From: Tubiluchus corallicola
Taxonomy: Eukaryota; Animalia; Priapulida
Reading direction: 5' to 3'
Assembly: GCA_030141605.1 (NCBI GenBank)
Contig: JAQGDQ010000651.1
Location: 1-64,000 of the forward strand
DNA: 64,000 nt
Below the pieces are notes generated by a model that was not told where the DNA came from, ran no database searches, and saw only the letters and a program-made list of their open reading frames with translations. Shown here in pieces: positions 62,870 to 64,000 of the stretch (positions are counted from its first letter, which is position 1; each line of letters starts with the position of its first letter). A program made the position numbers and the translations under genes.

Positions 62870-64000
62870 TTCAGCTGTTAAATGACAGTCCATCAAAATG
62901 TGCTTTTTGGATTTCTCCACAATTACAGAGTCAGTGTTTTCTATCTACGTTACGCCATCTATCAGTTTCAAATTTTAAATAGTAGGCCTGGAGTCTGAAT
63001 CGCGTATATGCAATGCGGTACATCTCAGGTGTTGAATCTGGAATAACGAGTACTATTAAACATGAGCTGTGAACTCTTTCTCGTTTAGTTGAGTTACTAT
63101 TTCTTAGGATATCTGCTAACAGAGATTGTTACTGCGCATACTACTCACTTACACTGATTCTAGGCAGTCCATTTAAACATTTATACAAATCACTGTTGCA
63201 GAGTATTGCTATCTCGTATGCTTGAAGTAACGGCTGATGATTTTCTGGATTGGCTAGTATTTTTCGCCACATTTTAATTTGTCTACATTTCACCTACGTG
63301 GTGAAAAACGGATAACCAATCTCAGGAAATACAAGATCATTGCACATTGAACGGCTGACTGACAATAATGACTTAAGGACTTCCATATACGTTGCGTTTG
63401 GTATGTAGATTGGTGTTCCACCCTCTGAGCTGTTATAACAGCGCTATCTAAGACTTTTTTCTTAACACTACAAAAAATAAATAGTTCCTTGAGCGTCTCA
63501 AAGAATTGCTATTGGTCTTGGTGCCAATAGAAAGTGTGATATTTACGGTTAAATTAAGTAGTGTTCAGCAAAGTGACCGGAACATTTTTGACATTGTGGC
63601 GATAATAGATGCAGAGGCCGAGAAAGCTATATGATGAAATTTATGAAAGGGTTGAGCCTTTCAGGGCGGCTTCATTTTGACAGGGTCAGTTTTATGCCAT
63701 AATAATGTAGCTTAGATAAAATACTAATTATTGGGTCAGCAGACACTTTCTAGAGCTGTATTTTAGACTGGCAGTACGGAGAAGGCTTCCTGTAAATGCT
63801 CTAAAAGAATAACCAGAGATGGTGATTTCATCAAGGTAAATGAGGATGATTCTCCATTAAAAGGTAGACAAAAACATTCCATTAAGCATTCAATTCAAAC
63901 AAATTGAGCGTTGTAATGACCAAATGGCATAGTTACGAATTGCCCAGAGGCGTTGAACGAAAGTGGTCTCTTCCTTGTCACAGAGGTCTATGGCCACTTG
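62870..64000 (-). mobile_element. Heavily decayed Ty3/Gypsy RT-RNase H fragment, running off the right edge
   Basis: QVAIDLCDKEETTF, FVTMPFGHYNA, LIYLDEITI (YLDD), FLGLCIYYR. Confidence 0.8.

Overview
AT-rich, repeat-dominated animal (probably invertebrate) nuclear DNA; nothing prokaryotic or CRISPR-like. Bases 1-~17,600 are the right end of a complex satellite. It has about 32 monomers of roughly 445-830 bp, each a shared core plus one of four cassettes. These form a scrambled ~2.2-kb higher-order repeat built from older 34-bp and 20-bp subunits. The rest is mostly TE relics: a near full-length but disabled RTE LINE with an 11-bp TSD nested in a CR1-type LINE, many CR1/L2-type fragments, two Gypsy pol fragments, a solo LTR, hAT-, Tc1/mariner- and TTAA(Kolobok-like) MITEs, and two non-autonomous Helitrons. 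The host genes are an intact intronless 394-aa class A GPCR of the vasopressin/CCAP/NPS/GnRH receptor superfamily with altered activation motifs, and probable exons of a small secreted cysteine-rich protein. A ~99%-identical copy of the GPCR 3' half lies 5 kb away, inside a composite insertion bounded by a 184-bp direct duplication. All coordinates and counts were read by eye and may be off by a few bases; family assignments come from motif recognition, not database searches.
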